A DNA stretch of 64,000 nucleotides, from contig NC_092670.1 in NCBI RefSeq assembly GCF_964355755.1, forward strand, positions 7,058,201 to 7,122,200, given 5' to 3'. Shown here piece by piece: positions 42,101 to 54,100 of this stretch; positions within the stretch are counted from its first letter, which is position 1; each line of letters begins with the position of its first letter. The DNA comes from Antedon mediterranea. Taxonomy: Eukaryota; Animalia; Echinodermata. The notes under the pieces were generated by a model. The model was not told the DNA's origin, searched no databases, and was given only the letters and a program-made list of their open reading frames with translations. The translations under genes were made by a program, and so were the position numbers.

Positions 42101-45100
42101 CCATATCAGCAGTGGCACTTCTGGGTTAACATGAGAGGTACGACCAGTGTCCGCTAAGATCAGACTTCAAATCCTTGTGTGCACGATCCAACGTGGTAAG
42201 AAAAACCCGATAAGGGCGGGTAGCTAATAGGGAAGGGCATGTTAACCCAGAAGTGCCACTGCTGATATGGTAGAATTTACATCAAACTTCACCTTACAGG
42301 TAAGCCTCGTTTAATTTTCAATTCTACCATATCAACAGTGACGCAACTTCCGGGTTCCCATGAGACTTTAAAGCAGAGTGAACACAAGGACAAATTATCC
42401 AACACAGAATACTTGTTGCCATGCCAACGTTATTTTTATTACTCTATTGTAATACTGCAACATCATATGCATTTGTGTTACTATTATCAATTGGCTTATT
42501 GTAATACCTGTAGTAGCAGAGGCCTAACCTATGTGTTTTAAAATTTCATCCACCGGGATAGACCTACTGGCTTTAGAAGCACTAGCTGCCCTTGTACTAT
42601 GCGCAGTAAACATAGCTGTATCAATTCCTGCTAGGCCCAGTAGTGTTTTAAGCCATCTGCCAATGGTGCTAACCCCAACGGATTTAAATGGTCTAACATA
42701 CGAGATCAACAGTTTTGACTCGCTTCTCAGTGGCTGTATACGGTCCAAATATGATTCGAGGGTATTAAACACACACAATTCCTGTTTTGAATATTTCTTA
42801 AACCTTAGGGATGAAAAAAGTTTATTGGGCCGGTCCTGTTTAGCAAGTACAGTAATTGAAAAATCAAAGCTGTTTCCCGACTTTATCATACTCTTAGTGT
42901 CTAGTCCCGCCAGCATATTGCATCTCTGCCCTGACGTTAGAGCCATCAACATGACTAGTTTATATGATAAATCCCTGAGTGACAACTTATCTAATGGCTG
43001 CATTAGAGATAAGTAATCTAGAACAATGTTAGCGTCCCAGGTAACTGCGTACCTTGGAGCCGGAGGCCGGCAATTAAAAACCCCTTTCATATACTTGGTC
43101 ACTAGTACATGACGTGTAATGGGTCGGTCCTCCCTGCCCTGATAGTCAGTGAAGCAACATGCTAACGCTGACCTAGCCGTGTTAAGCGAGGAGTAAGAAA
43201 GCCCTTCTTTAAAAAGGTTATTTAAAAACTTTAAGACATCTCCTACAACGGGGTGCAAGAAATCAATTTTTCTTTGAAAACAAAATTGACGCCACTTCCT
43301 GATGTGTACGTCATACTGCTTCCTTGTGCTCTGTCGCCAAGAACATAAGATGACGTCCTCAATTTCTGCCGGTAGGCTGACGTCAGCGATGATTTCCCTG
43401 ACAACTTGCAAATTAGTAGACATAACTGTGAGTTTAGTGGATTGTGATGAATAAGTGGGTGTTCTAACACTGACTTGTTGACCCTCACCCAGCGTGGTGT
43501 GTCGATGAGTAAGTCGAGAACTCTCGTAAACCATGTCTGTGTTCTCCACAGTGGCACCACCATGATGCCCGTGGCCTGTTCCAGTAAAATTTTCTGTAGG
43601 CATCTAGCTATCAGACAAAAAGGGGGAAAAACATAAAATTGTTTAAATGTTGACCAATCACTGGTAAAAGCATCAATGATAACAGCTTTTGGATCTGGTT
43701 TCCAAGACGCATATGCCGGTACCCTATGATTAATTCGACTAGCAAATAAGTCAATATCCGGCACTGCAAAACAGTCAACAATCTTAGAAAAAATACCTGC
43801 ATTCATTTGCCATTCTAACCCAGATACAAAATTTCTAGACAGAACATCTGCCTCTACATTTTTTATGCCCGAAGTATGAGCAGCGGTAAGCCAAATATTT
43901 CGCTCTATTGCCCAGTACCAAATCTTGTAGGCAACCGAATTACATGACCACGATTTCGTACCTCCCATACAATTTATATATGAGATCGCGTTGTCCGACA
44001 TAATACGAATATTTACTTTGTGCAAATGGCCACAGAGTGCCTGTAAGCCAAATAGCACTGCAAGCATTTCTAGAATGTTTATGTTGTGAACAGCTTCCTC
44101 TAGGGACCACAGCCCCTGCGTTCTGCGCTCGTCAACTATGGCCCCCCAGCCCTTGCGGGAAGCATCTACGAAGATCGTATAGTTAATAGGGCCATGATTA
44201 ATCAGTTTTGAGGCTGTTGGGAGAAATGTTATCCACCATTCAAGTTCAATTATACTCTCCTCCGAGAGGATCATCATCACCTCAAAATTACCGGCTGAAT
44301 GCCGCAATGCCAAATCTTTGTCTCGGACAAGATGTCTGTAGTGTAACGGTCCATATCCCACGCCTGGGAATGTCGCAACAAGCTTACCTATGAGTGAAGC
44401 AAATGCCCGGATGCTACCAGATTTCTTAAATACAAACTCTCTGCAAAGGCCAACAATGCTTGATATCTTTGCTTTGGTAATCGAAACAGACATAGACACC
44501 GAGTTTAATTGAAATCCCAGGTATTCTAACTGATGAGTGGGTCTAAGTACAGATTTTTCCCGATGCACTGAAAACCCTAATTTTGTTAGCAGCATTGTAG
44601 CTTGCAACGTAGCCTCTTGACACCCCACCAATGTGTCGTCAGTGTAAAACGAGTCATCAATGTAGCCGAGGCATGAGATACCAAAGCTACTCCCTAAAGT
44701 AGAAAAAACTGGCTTCAGCAGCTTTGTAAAAACGCGAGGGCTACAAGATAAGCCCATAGGTAGCGCATTAAATTGGTAAAATACACCTTTCCAACAACAT
44801 TTAAGAAACCGTCTATACTTTGCTGCAATAGGCACCGAATAATAAGCGTCCCGGAGGTCGATGGATCACATAAAACACCCCGGCTTCATAAGCTTTATTG
44901 GCGAATCTATCGTGTCCATTTTAAAATGCCTATAAGTGACATACTCATTAAGTTCCTTAAGGTTGCAAATAACTCTATATTTACCCGGTTCTTTTTTGGG
45001 ACGGATAAATATAGGCGAAACAAAATCTCCCTTACATAGTTTGGAAATGTCAATAACCCTTTTGGCCAAAAAAGATGCAAGTTCTGAGTCAATAGCTCGT

Positions 45101-48100
45101 TGCTCAGCAACAGAAAATTGCGACTCTAATTGTCGCTTATAGCCAGCCTGCACAGGCATAGCTTCAAATTTAATTTCACAATTGGTAACACATGACAGAA
45201 CAAAGGGATCCGTAGTGATCTCTTCCCAATGGTCCACGCAGAACCTTAATTGACCTGCAATAAAACTAACATGATTATTAAGAATTCTATCAATCTGATT
45301 AACAAAACTGACCTCTACTCTCGATTTCCCTTTGGTTGAGCAGCCAACCGGGCTCCCTGTCTGCGTTGGCAGGAGCCCTTTCCTCCTAAAAAAGACTGGT
45401 TTGACTGGTACCTCTGGAACCCTGAACAACTTCTACCTCGGCCGCGGAACCCAACTCGTCTGGCTGCTGCATATGGGTGGTATCCACGACCCCGACCTCT
45501 TCTAGCACCTGATAATTTCTCGCCAAGTTTGTTTGATTTGAAGAGATCATCTATCTGTTTGGTAACATCATCTCCAAAGAGCTCTGTGGTTATGGGAGTC
45601 GTAACCCCACAGAGTGCAACAAATCGTGCATTAAGGTCTGGTTTTAACATCTCCCTTCGCTTCAGGTTAAACTCCCGGTTTGCAGTCAGCGCTATAACCA
45701 GTGCATGCGTCAATGTAGTTTTCAAATCACCTGAGGCCTTGTGACATTCTTGGAGCAGAGCATACATAGAGTTTACGAACAGTGCCTGCACTTTCTGCAA
45801 CCCAACATCATTGGTCCTAGTAGAAGGTTTCAACTGGCCCCACACAGGTAAGTTCACCTTGGGTGTGATTAGCATTTCACAGTTGAGTGGTCGAAGATAT
45901 TTTCCAGTAAGCTCAGTCATCTTTGCAGAGGGTATCCTTCCACTAATCAGGTCACTTACAATTGTAGCCAATTTATCATCCACAGCTGGCCCTGTAAGTG
46001 TGGCTGTACTAAATTCAGCTGCTAAGTCAGCAAAATCACTGGTTTGACTAGCTGTAGCTACCTCCTCTTGCCCACTTGTGTACTAATCAATGCGTTGTGC
46101 TGTTTGTGCTGCGGGGAGCTCATCATCCGACCACACAGGCATATAGGAATGGCCCTCATCAGGCTCCTCTGTGAAGCCAACCATATCTTTGACTTGTTGA
46201 ACCAAATCTTGCTTCATGCTGTTCACCATTGACAACATCGAGTTAATCAACTCCTCCTTTAATTTATCACTAACACTAGAAGCTGCACCACCTGGCGAGC
46301 CATCATGTTCTGCCATATTAGAAAGTCTATGGAGACAGAATAACAGTACTATATAGCTTAGTCACTGTACATCAACCCAAGAAATCTCATCGCTTGCCTT
46401 ATTATAACACCTGTATGCAACAGACATACCATTAAGGTCATGACCTGCTTAGTATACTCGCATACATGCACATTTGCCAGTCAAGGCCTAGCTAGCAATA
46501 CCTACTATTAATTAGTAATAGCATAGAGAAATTATAATATCTCTATGGTAATAGGCCTGCTCTTGGCCTAGTAGTATAGTAGAAGGCTCAACAACCGCCT
46601 GATATAGCAATGAATTTATAACTTATAAATTATAGCCTTTTTAACGCATTGGCTAATTGAGTGAACGGAGACTATCAGCTTACTCTCCATTGTGCAGGTG
46701 TGTAAAACAAAACACTGCATTAGGGAAACGAGTAACTTACTTTCCCTTTAACAAAAATATGCGGCATGCCACAGCCTGCATAACATTCCATAGATTAAAG
46801 CCTCACTTGCACGCCATCATTCCCAATAGCCTACTCCGAATTCATCATAAGATAAGGAGATAGAAATAAAGACATATAGGCTAAATTAAGGGCGTCCGTA
46901 CGGTAATACAGTCCGCCCAGTCCTCTTGCAACTACACCTAAAGCAAAATTTTACCTTTTATGAAGCCCACAACTGCGATGATCCTCACGCCGTATGTATC
47001 TAAAGAAACAATATCCAACTAGCGCACACGTCTGACCTGTCGCGGTTCTGGAGGTACAATGATCTTAACGGACACTGGTCGTGCCTCTCATGGGAACCCG
47101 GAAGTTGCGTCACTGTTGATATGGTAGAATAAGGGTGTCACGAAAGCTCAAACCACGAAAGCTCAGAACCCCTAAGACCTAAGATCACGAAAGCTAAGAC
47201 CCAACACCTAAGATTACAAATATTTATCTTTCGCACCTGCCTTGTATTTTAACTCCCAACATTTATTCTGAATACCACACCTTAGAATTGGCACTTTCAT
47301 GAAAAGGAATCACATAAAAAGTAACAAATACATTTTTAAATTGATGATTTTACAGACGTTTTTCTCGCACACAAAATGACTAGCCTACAGTACAGTAGGC
47401 CTACCCCATGGGCCATGTTCAATGTTTTTGTTTCTATGGAACGTCAAAAGAGCAAAAATTATATAGAGGGCTGAAAACTCTGTGGAGTCCATCTACAGTG
47501 TGGATGGAACAATGTAAAATTGTAATGATAATAGTATAATCATGCAAGTACGAAGAAATAAATACTGGCAAATAAATTTTAATTTAAAAATCATGATAAG
47601 TTTTTTTGTTTCGTTTTCTTTCTGTTTTTATACTTGTACTATTATTGTTGCTCTTTTGGCGCTCCATAGAAACAAAAACATTGAGCATGGGGAGCTCGAG
47701 GAGTTACATTGTCATTACAGTATACAAAGAAACACATCAATTTAAAGGATTTATTTATTTGTTATTATGTGTTTTTCCTTCTGAAAGTACTTATAAGTCC
47801 TAATTTTAAAGTGTGGTGTTCAGGATAAAGTTAGTCAACAAATTTGGAGTCAAAATACAAGAAAGGCAGGTGCGTAAGAAAAAAATCCTCTGAAGCAACA
47901 CAATGGAGTAAATATATACCAACAAACAACCCGTCAAGTTTGTTTGTTGTAAAGAAAAAATATACATTTACTCAACGGGCGAAAATAATGTGAGTTTATC
48001 TATGTTCATCGGTAGTATTAAATTATATTTATGGTAATAAATGAAACCTACTGTGTTTAAAATTATGTATGGATAAACAAGTATTGTTTTTAAGCTGTAG

Positions 48101-51100
48101 TATATCTTAGTATTTGTAATCTTAGGTGTTGGGTCTTAGCTTTCGTGATCTTAGGTCTTAGGGGGTCTGAGCTTTCGTGGTCTGAGCTTTCGTGACACCC
48201 GGTAGAAGAACACTCAGACATACGTGTTAATGCCATGTAATAACACTCAGACATACGTCTTAATGCTATGTAATAACACTCAGACATACGTGTTAATGCT
48301 ATGTAATAACACTCAGACGTACGTGTTAATGGCATCTAATAACACTTAGACATACGTGTTAATGCCATGTAATAACACTCAGACATACGTATTAATGCCA
48401 TCTAATAACACTCAGACATACGTGTTAATGCCATGTAATAACACTCAGACATACGTGTTAATGCCATGTAATAACACTCAGACATACGTGTTAATGCCAT
48501 GTAATAACACTCAGACATACGTGTTAATGCCATGTAATAACACTCAGACATACGTGTTAATGCCATGTAATAACAATCAGACATACGTGTTAATGCCATG
48601 TAATAATCAAAGTCCTACTTTAGGTCAAAAAAAGACTGTTTTCAGTTACTTAGATCAAATATGCACTGGAAACTTACCCGTATGCCTTTGTATTAACATA
48701 GAATGTGTAGTATTAGAAAACATATAAACTTATGTTAAGTAACATCAATTGAAGTTTATTTATGCATTCAACGAAAGGGTATAATTAAAATCTGTTTTCA
48801 CATGTTATAGATTTTAACATTCATTATCAATATAGATTGCATTATATGAATATGATATTTAGTATTCTTTAGAAATAGCTATTGCTATTGAATAATATGG
48901 TGCAGTACAATTCTTACTAACTTTGTATCTATTATTATACAGATGCTATTGCTGTGCCAACAGTGTTAATTTTCCTAAATTTTCAATTTACTTCGGCAAT
49001 GAACAACCCTTCCTCTGAAGAATTCCAAAACACTTCTACTATAATTGCAAATTTGGTAGGTTTTCATTAGTTTATTCTTTTTGAAAATGGTTAAAACATT
49101 ATTTATTATAGCCTGAGCATAATATTATCGCTTTCTATGATTATTTTACATCTACATTTTTCACATTATTTTAGGTTGTCAGTTTATTCATCTCTATTGA
49201 TTGATTTCTATTCGATATTCAATCAAAATGGTAATGGATACAACATATACATAATAAAAAAAATAGACTGTTATTATCTTTTGATATTGTAATAATTTTG
49301 GGGTAGAAGGAAAAGATAGAGGGCGGCAGATGGAGGCAGAGTAGGCAGGAAGAGTAGCAGAGAACGGACGTGAGAAAAAGGGCAGAGAGGGATTGGAGAA
49401 GGAAGGCAATGGAGGGTTACCTCGAGCTGCGTTAAAAAGGAGGGAGAGATTGTAGCTGGAAAAGCGGAGAAGCAGGGAGAAGACGTGTAAAATAAGTAGA
49501 GACATTAAAGAAATTGGAAAACAAAGTGTAGACAAGATTAGAGAAAAGAAAGAGAAAATTAGAGCGGAATAATAAAAGGAGAGTTAAGACACAGCAAGTA
49601 AAGTTAGCCGGAGGGTACAGCCTACCGCTTGTGTTGCTGTTTGAGACATAGTGAGCCGGAGGTTGCGCCTACTGTACTGGTTGTATCACTATTTGAGACA
49701 TAGTGAGCCGGAGGTTGCGCTTACTGTACTGGTTGTATCACTATTTGAGATAGCTGAGCCGGAGGTTGAGATAGCTGAGCCGGAGGTTGCACCTACTGGT
49801 TGTGTTACTGCTTGAGATACAGTTAGCCCGTGGTACACCCTGTGGTTGTTATACTGCTTTGCTGGTGGGTACACCTATTAGCCAGTGATTAAACACGGGC
49901 AATACGACTTGGAGTTTTATTGAGACATTTTGCGTTTATGATTCTTGTTTTAAGTGGAGATATATCGTCTAACCCTGGACCCACAACTTGTGATCCATGT
50001 GGGCTGTGTTCAGGATCTGTGAAATCAAATCAACGAGGTATCTGCTGCGATGGATGTGACTCATGGTACCACATTAAATGTGCGAATATCTCTATTAAAG
50101 AATACAATCGCCTTGCCAAATCGGATTCGGACTGGCATTGCTACTCATGTATGGTACCTATCTTCAGTGATTCATTATTTGAAGATGATACTATTAATAT
50201 ATCTGATGTTTCGTACACGGAGTTGTTAAATGCCAATTTGGAAAACGAGGATAGGCTGCTCAACGAGATGGAATGTAAACTTCTTTGTGGTAAGGGTTTG
50301 ATATTTATTCACCTTAACGTTAGAAGTTTACGTAACAAAATCGATCAAATTCGAGAAATTGCAAAAAATACGAACGCATCAGTCATTGCAATAAGTGAGT
50401 CGTGGCTCGATGATTCAATCAATGATGTTGAAATAAAAATTGAACATTTCTCAATAGAAAGGAAAGACAGAAATGGAAAAGGGGGTGGAGTGTGTTTATA
50501 TATACGCAATACTATTTCATACTCCGTCAGAAATGATTTGGACAGAGAGGATATCGAATGCAAATGGATTGATATAATTTTGCCAAAGTCGAAGCCAATT
50601 TTAACCGGTGTTTGCTATCGCCCACCAAAACAAGGTACATTTTTTAACTGTTTAGAAAACCTGCTTATGACTGTTGGAAACTTCATTGCTCAAGAAATTA
50701 TTATTCTTGGAGACTTTAATGTAAATGTTTTAAATTGTAATCGTAACAACTATGAGTCAGTGACTAACTTCTGTAATATTTTCGGTCTTGAACAACTTAT
50801 CACTGAACCAACTAGGATCAGTGATAACAATAGCTCAGCAATAGATTTGATCTTTGCCAGTGATCCTTTAAAAATTAAGGCCAGTGGAGTAATTCCTATT
50901 GGACTAAGTGATCACTTTTTAACGTTTTGTAGACGAAAACGGACTAATATCATTTCTGGCATACACAGAACAATTGATGTTAGATCAATGAAAAATTACA
51001 GTTCTGATTCACTGACTCATATGCTTAATAGTATTGACTGGTCAGATTGTATTAGTTTAACTTGTGTTCAATCTTCATGGGATACATTTAAAGATAAGTT

Positions 51101-54100
51101 TCTGCGTATAATTGATTCAATTGCTCCTAAAAAAAAGTTAGGGTTAAAGTAAAAGATCAACCATGGTTTGACTCCGAATTAAGAGATCTTATTAGGCAAA
51201 GAGACAAAATGTTAATTAGATATCGTAGTACAAAGGATGTGATGCATCTCAAAGGTTTTAAAAAACTCCGAAATAGTGTAAATTATAAAATTAAAAAAGC
51301 TAAAGTAAATTTTTATTCTGAACAACTTCAAGAAAATAAATACAAACCAAAACAATTATGGAAAGTTCTTAAAGGTCTTGGAACCTCTAAATCAATAATA
51401 ATAATGACAAGAAACAGGTTAGTCTTGAGATCAACAATGAATATGTTCATGATAAGAAAGAAGTTGCTGAAGAGTTTAATTCGTACTTCACCAACGTTGC
51501 TTGAGAGCTAGTAAACAAACTTGACCCTCCTAGTAATACTTATAACTTGGAACATGTCAATGTCTTTTACAGTAGCAAAGGTGTCTTTCCTAATGATTTT
51601 TCTTTCATAGAATTATCTGAAGATAATGTTCTTAAAGCTTTGACACAATTATCGACGAGTAAAGCTACCGGAATAGATACTCTACCAGCCAAATTCTTCA
51701 AATATGGGGCTTCTGCAATAGCAAAACCATTAACTCATATTATTAAGTTGTCCTTCACATCCGGTATTGTACCCAAAGAATGGAAATTAGCGAGAGTCAT
51801 CCCAATTCACAAAAAGGGTAGTAAAACGGTGGTAGGTAACTATCGTCCGGTGTCTATACTCTCGGCTTTTTCTAAAGTTGTTGAAAGACTAGTACATGAC
51901 CAATTGATGGAATACCTTAATTCTAAATCACTTATCTATGATTTCCAATGTGGGTTCCGAGCAAATTTTTCGACAGATCTTTGTTTAATTCACCTAACTG
52001 ACCATATTAAAAAGAATTGGGATAAAGGTAATTTAACAGGTATGATAGTCTTAGACCTACAAAAGGCTTTCGATACTGTAGACCATCAGATTTTACTAGG
52101 CAAAATGAGAGCATTAGGATTGTCCCAAACAGTAATAGGTTGGTTTAAATCATATTTAACAGATAGATGGCAGGTAGTTGATAATTGTGGTACTCTTTCA
52201 ACGTGGAAAAAAATAACATGTGGGGTTCCTCAGGGGTCAATATTGGGCCCACTGTTGTTCTTAATGTATGTGAATGATATGGAATCTGCATTGAGTAGTA
52301 AACTGCTCCTTTATGCCGATGATTCTGCTATAGTTGTATCTGATAAAAGTGTCGCCAATATACAAAATGTATTGTCAAAAGAATTAAAATCTATTAATTC
52401 TTGGTTATTAGATAATAGATTGTCATTGCATCTAGGCAAAACGTATTCAATTCTATTTGGATCTAAACGTAAACTCAGAAATCAACAAGAATTGAAAGTT
52501 ACGTGCAATGATTATATAATCACAAAGTTATCTAGGACTTGAACTCGATAACAATCTAACTGGAGATTATATAGGTAAATCAGTTGTAAAGAAAGTAAAC
52601 TCAAGGGTAAAATTTTTATATAGAAATAGAAAGTACTTAACTTTCAGAGATCTTAAGTTACTAGCAAATAGTTTGGTGTTATGCCTTTATGATTATGCTT
52701 GTAGCGTGTGGTACTCTGGATTAAAAAAAACATTAAAAGTTAAATTGCAAACTGCACAAAATAAGACGGTCAGATGTATTCTTGGTCTTGAACCAAGGGA
52801 TCACATTGGGGCTAATGAATTAAACAAACTGAATTGGCTCCCAGTAGACTTAAGAGTTAAACAGATAAAACTTTGTCACATGTATCGTATTATTAATGGA
52901 TTAAGCCCTACGTTTATGAATGATGGTATTAGTAGAGCAAATGTAATTCACCAGTACAATACTAGATTTGCAACTCAATCAATTTATAGACCATATATAG
53001 GTAACCACTCCCAAACAACCTTTGTTAACACGGCAATAACGTCATGGAATCACCTGCCAAAATTGATACAGTGTTCAGAAACCATCAATCAATTCAAAAG
53101 AAATATCAGGAAACATCTCAAAGAGGTTATGCTTGAAAGATTATAATTTATATTTATATTGTTACTACATGTGTTATTGTTTATTGTAAATGTTTATTCT
53201 TATGGTGTTTTTATCCTTAAGGGCCACAATGGAAATAAGTTTGACCTTTGGTTACTTTTTTGTGTTACCCTGAATTCATTCTTTGTATTTTTTTTTTATG
53301 TTGTGTTATTTTATGAATTCGAATAAAGAAATGAAAAAAAAAATTAAGACTACTGGTGGTTACCCTGTTAGCCGGTACGTGGTTACGTGCTGTTGGAGGT
53401 TACACCATTGTGTTGGTGTACGTTGCTGTTGAAGGTTACACCATTGTTGGTGGTTACGTTGCTGTGGAGGTTACACTATCGTTGGTGGTTACGTTGCTGT
53501 TGGAGGTTACACATTGTTGGAGGTTACGTTGCTGTTGGAGGTTACGCCATTGTTGGTGGTTACCCTGTTAGCCGGTACGTGGTTACGCCATTGTTGGTGG
53601 TTACGTTGCTGTGGAGGTTACACCATTGTTGGTGGTTACGTGCTGTGGAGGTTACACCATTGTTGGTGGTTACGTTGCTGTGGAGGTTACACCATTGTTG
53701 GTGGTTACGTTGCTGTTGGAGGTTACACCATTGTTGGCGGTTACAAGCATGTTGGAGGTTACGCCGTTGTTGGTGGTTACGCTACTATTGGAGGTTACGT
53801 CATTACTGATGGTTACGCTGTTGTTTCAAGTCCGGCGTAATAGCAGAACTAATCTAATTAATTATTTTAATCGGTTGTTACCAATAATTTGGAATCATAG
53901 AAGAATAAAGGAGGTCACTCCAAAAATTGTAATTGATTTGTTTGTTTCATTTGAGTGTGCCGCAGTACCGCAGACCCCTCCCCCCAAAAGGGAACGAAAA
54001 CGAGAGCAGATTTTCGTTACAATATATGCTTGAAAGAAATGTTCATGTCCGTGTCTTCCTAAATGTCCTGATGTCATATTTCTTTTTATGTTTACAGTTA

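Larger units (their letters stand above)
42048..47130 (-). mobile_element. DIRS1-type tyrosine-recombinase retrotransposon, near full length, inactivated
   Basis: Inverted terminal repeats (~42048-42160, ~47060-47130), internal complementary region 42238-42365 joining both termini, and gag, RT-RNaseH-methyltransferase and YR ORFs. Confidence 0.95.

Noticed and set aside
42524-44835. Phage integrase plus DNA methylase suggesting a prophage or bacterial contamination
   Set aside because: Both lie in the canonical DIRS1 arrangement with gag, RT/RNase H, ITRs and ICR.
48208-48606. 33-bp repeats resembling a CRISPR array, and repetitive ORFs 48090-48727
   Set aside because: Units are head-to-tail with no unique spacers and no cas genes, in a eukaryotic intron. 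The ORFs arise because the unit length is a multiple of three.
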